Translations under genes and position numbers: made by a program
DNA from: Jimgerdemannia flammicorona
Taxonomy: Eukaryota
Direction of reading: 5' to 3'
DNA: 36,330 bases
Assembly (NCBI GenBank): GCA_003990765.1
Contig: RBNJ01000223.1
Coordinates: forward strand, 1 to 36,330
The notes under the pieces: generated by a model
What the model was told of the DNA's origin: nothing
What the model saw: only the letters and a program-made list of their open reading frames with translations
Databases searched by the model: none
Shown here: one piece after another, positions 36,322 to 36,330 of the stretch
Numbering within the stretch: the stretch's first letter is position 1
Layout of the letters: the number at the start of each line of letters is the position of its first letter

Positions 36322-36330
36322 TTTTTTTTT
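36322..36330 (-). repeat. Poly-T run interrupting the chromodomain of C; probable tail of a minus-strand LINE
   Basis: Homology to B stops abruptly at 36321 and is replaced by T9 running to the window edge. Confidence 0.5.

Overview
This window is eukaryotic (probably fungal) repeat-rich DNA made almost entirely of nested, decayed retrotransposons; no host gene is visible. The oldest recognisable layer is a Ty3/Gypsy element D on the minus strand (~892-10144). Two G-rich L1/Tx1-like LINEs sit in it on the plus strand. LINE-a (1625-7514) is full length with a poly-A tail and a 16-bp TSD. LINE-b starts at ~10145 and is split by two chromodomain Ty3/Gypsy elements: A (11686-22061, 2-kb LTRs, GGCCA TSD) and B (22910-32079, 0.8-kb LTRs). 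An inverted partial copy of B (element C, 32080-36321) follows, forming a ~4.2-kb inverted repeat at a junction that lacks a matching TSD. A and B/C encode a dUTPase between Gag and protease. The main observation is that three different Gypsy families (A, B, D) each carry a homologous, unrecognised ~300-370 aa accessory gene downstream of pol with its own TATA-like motif. In A this gene lies inside the LTR. All ORFs are broken by C>T/G>A stop codons, so these homologies only appear when stops are read through.
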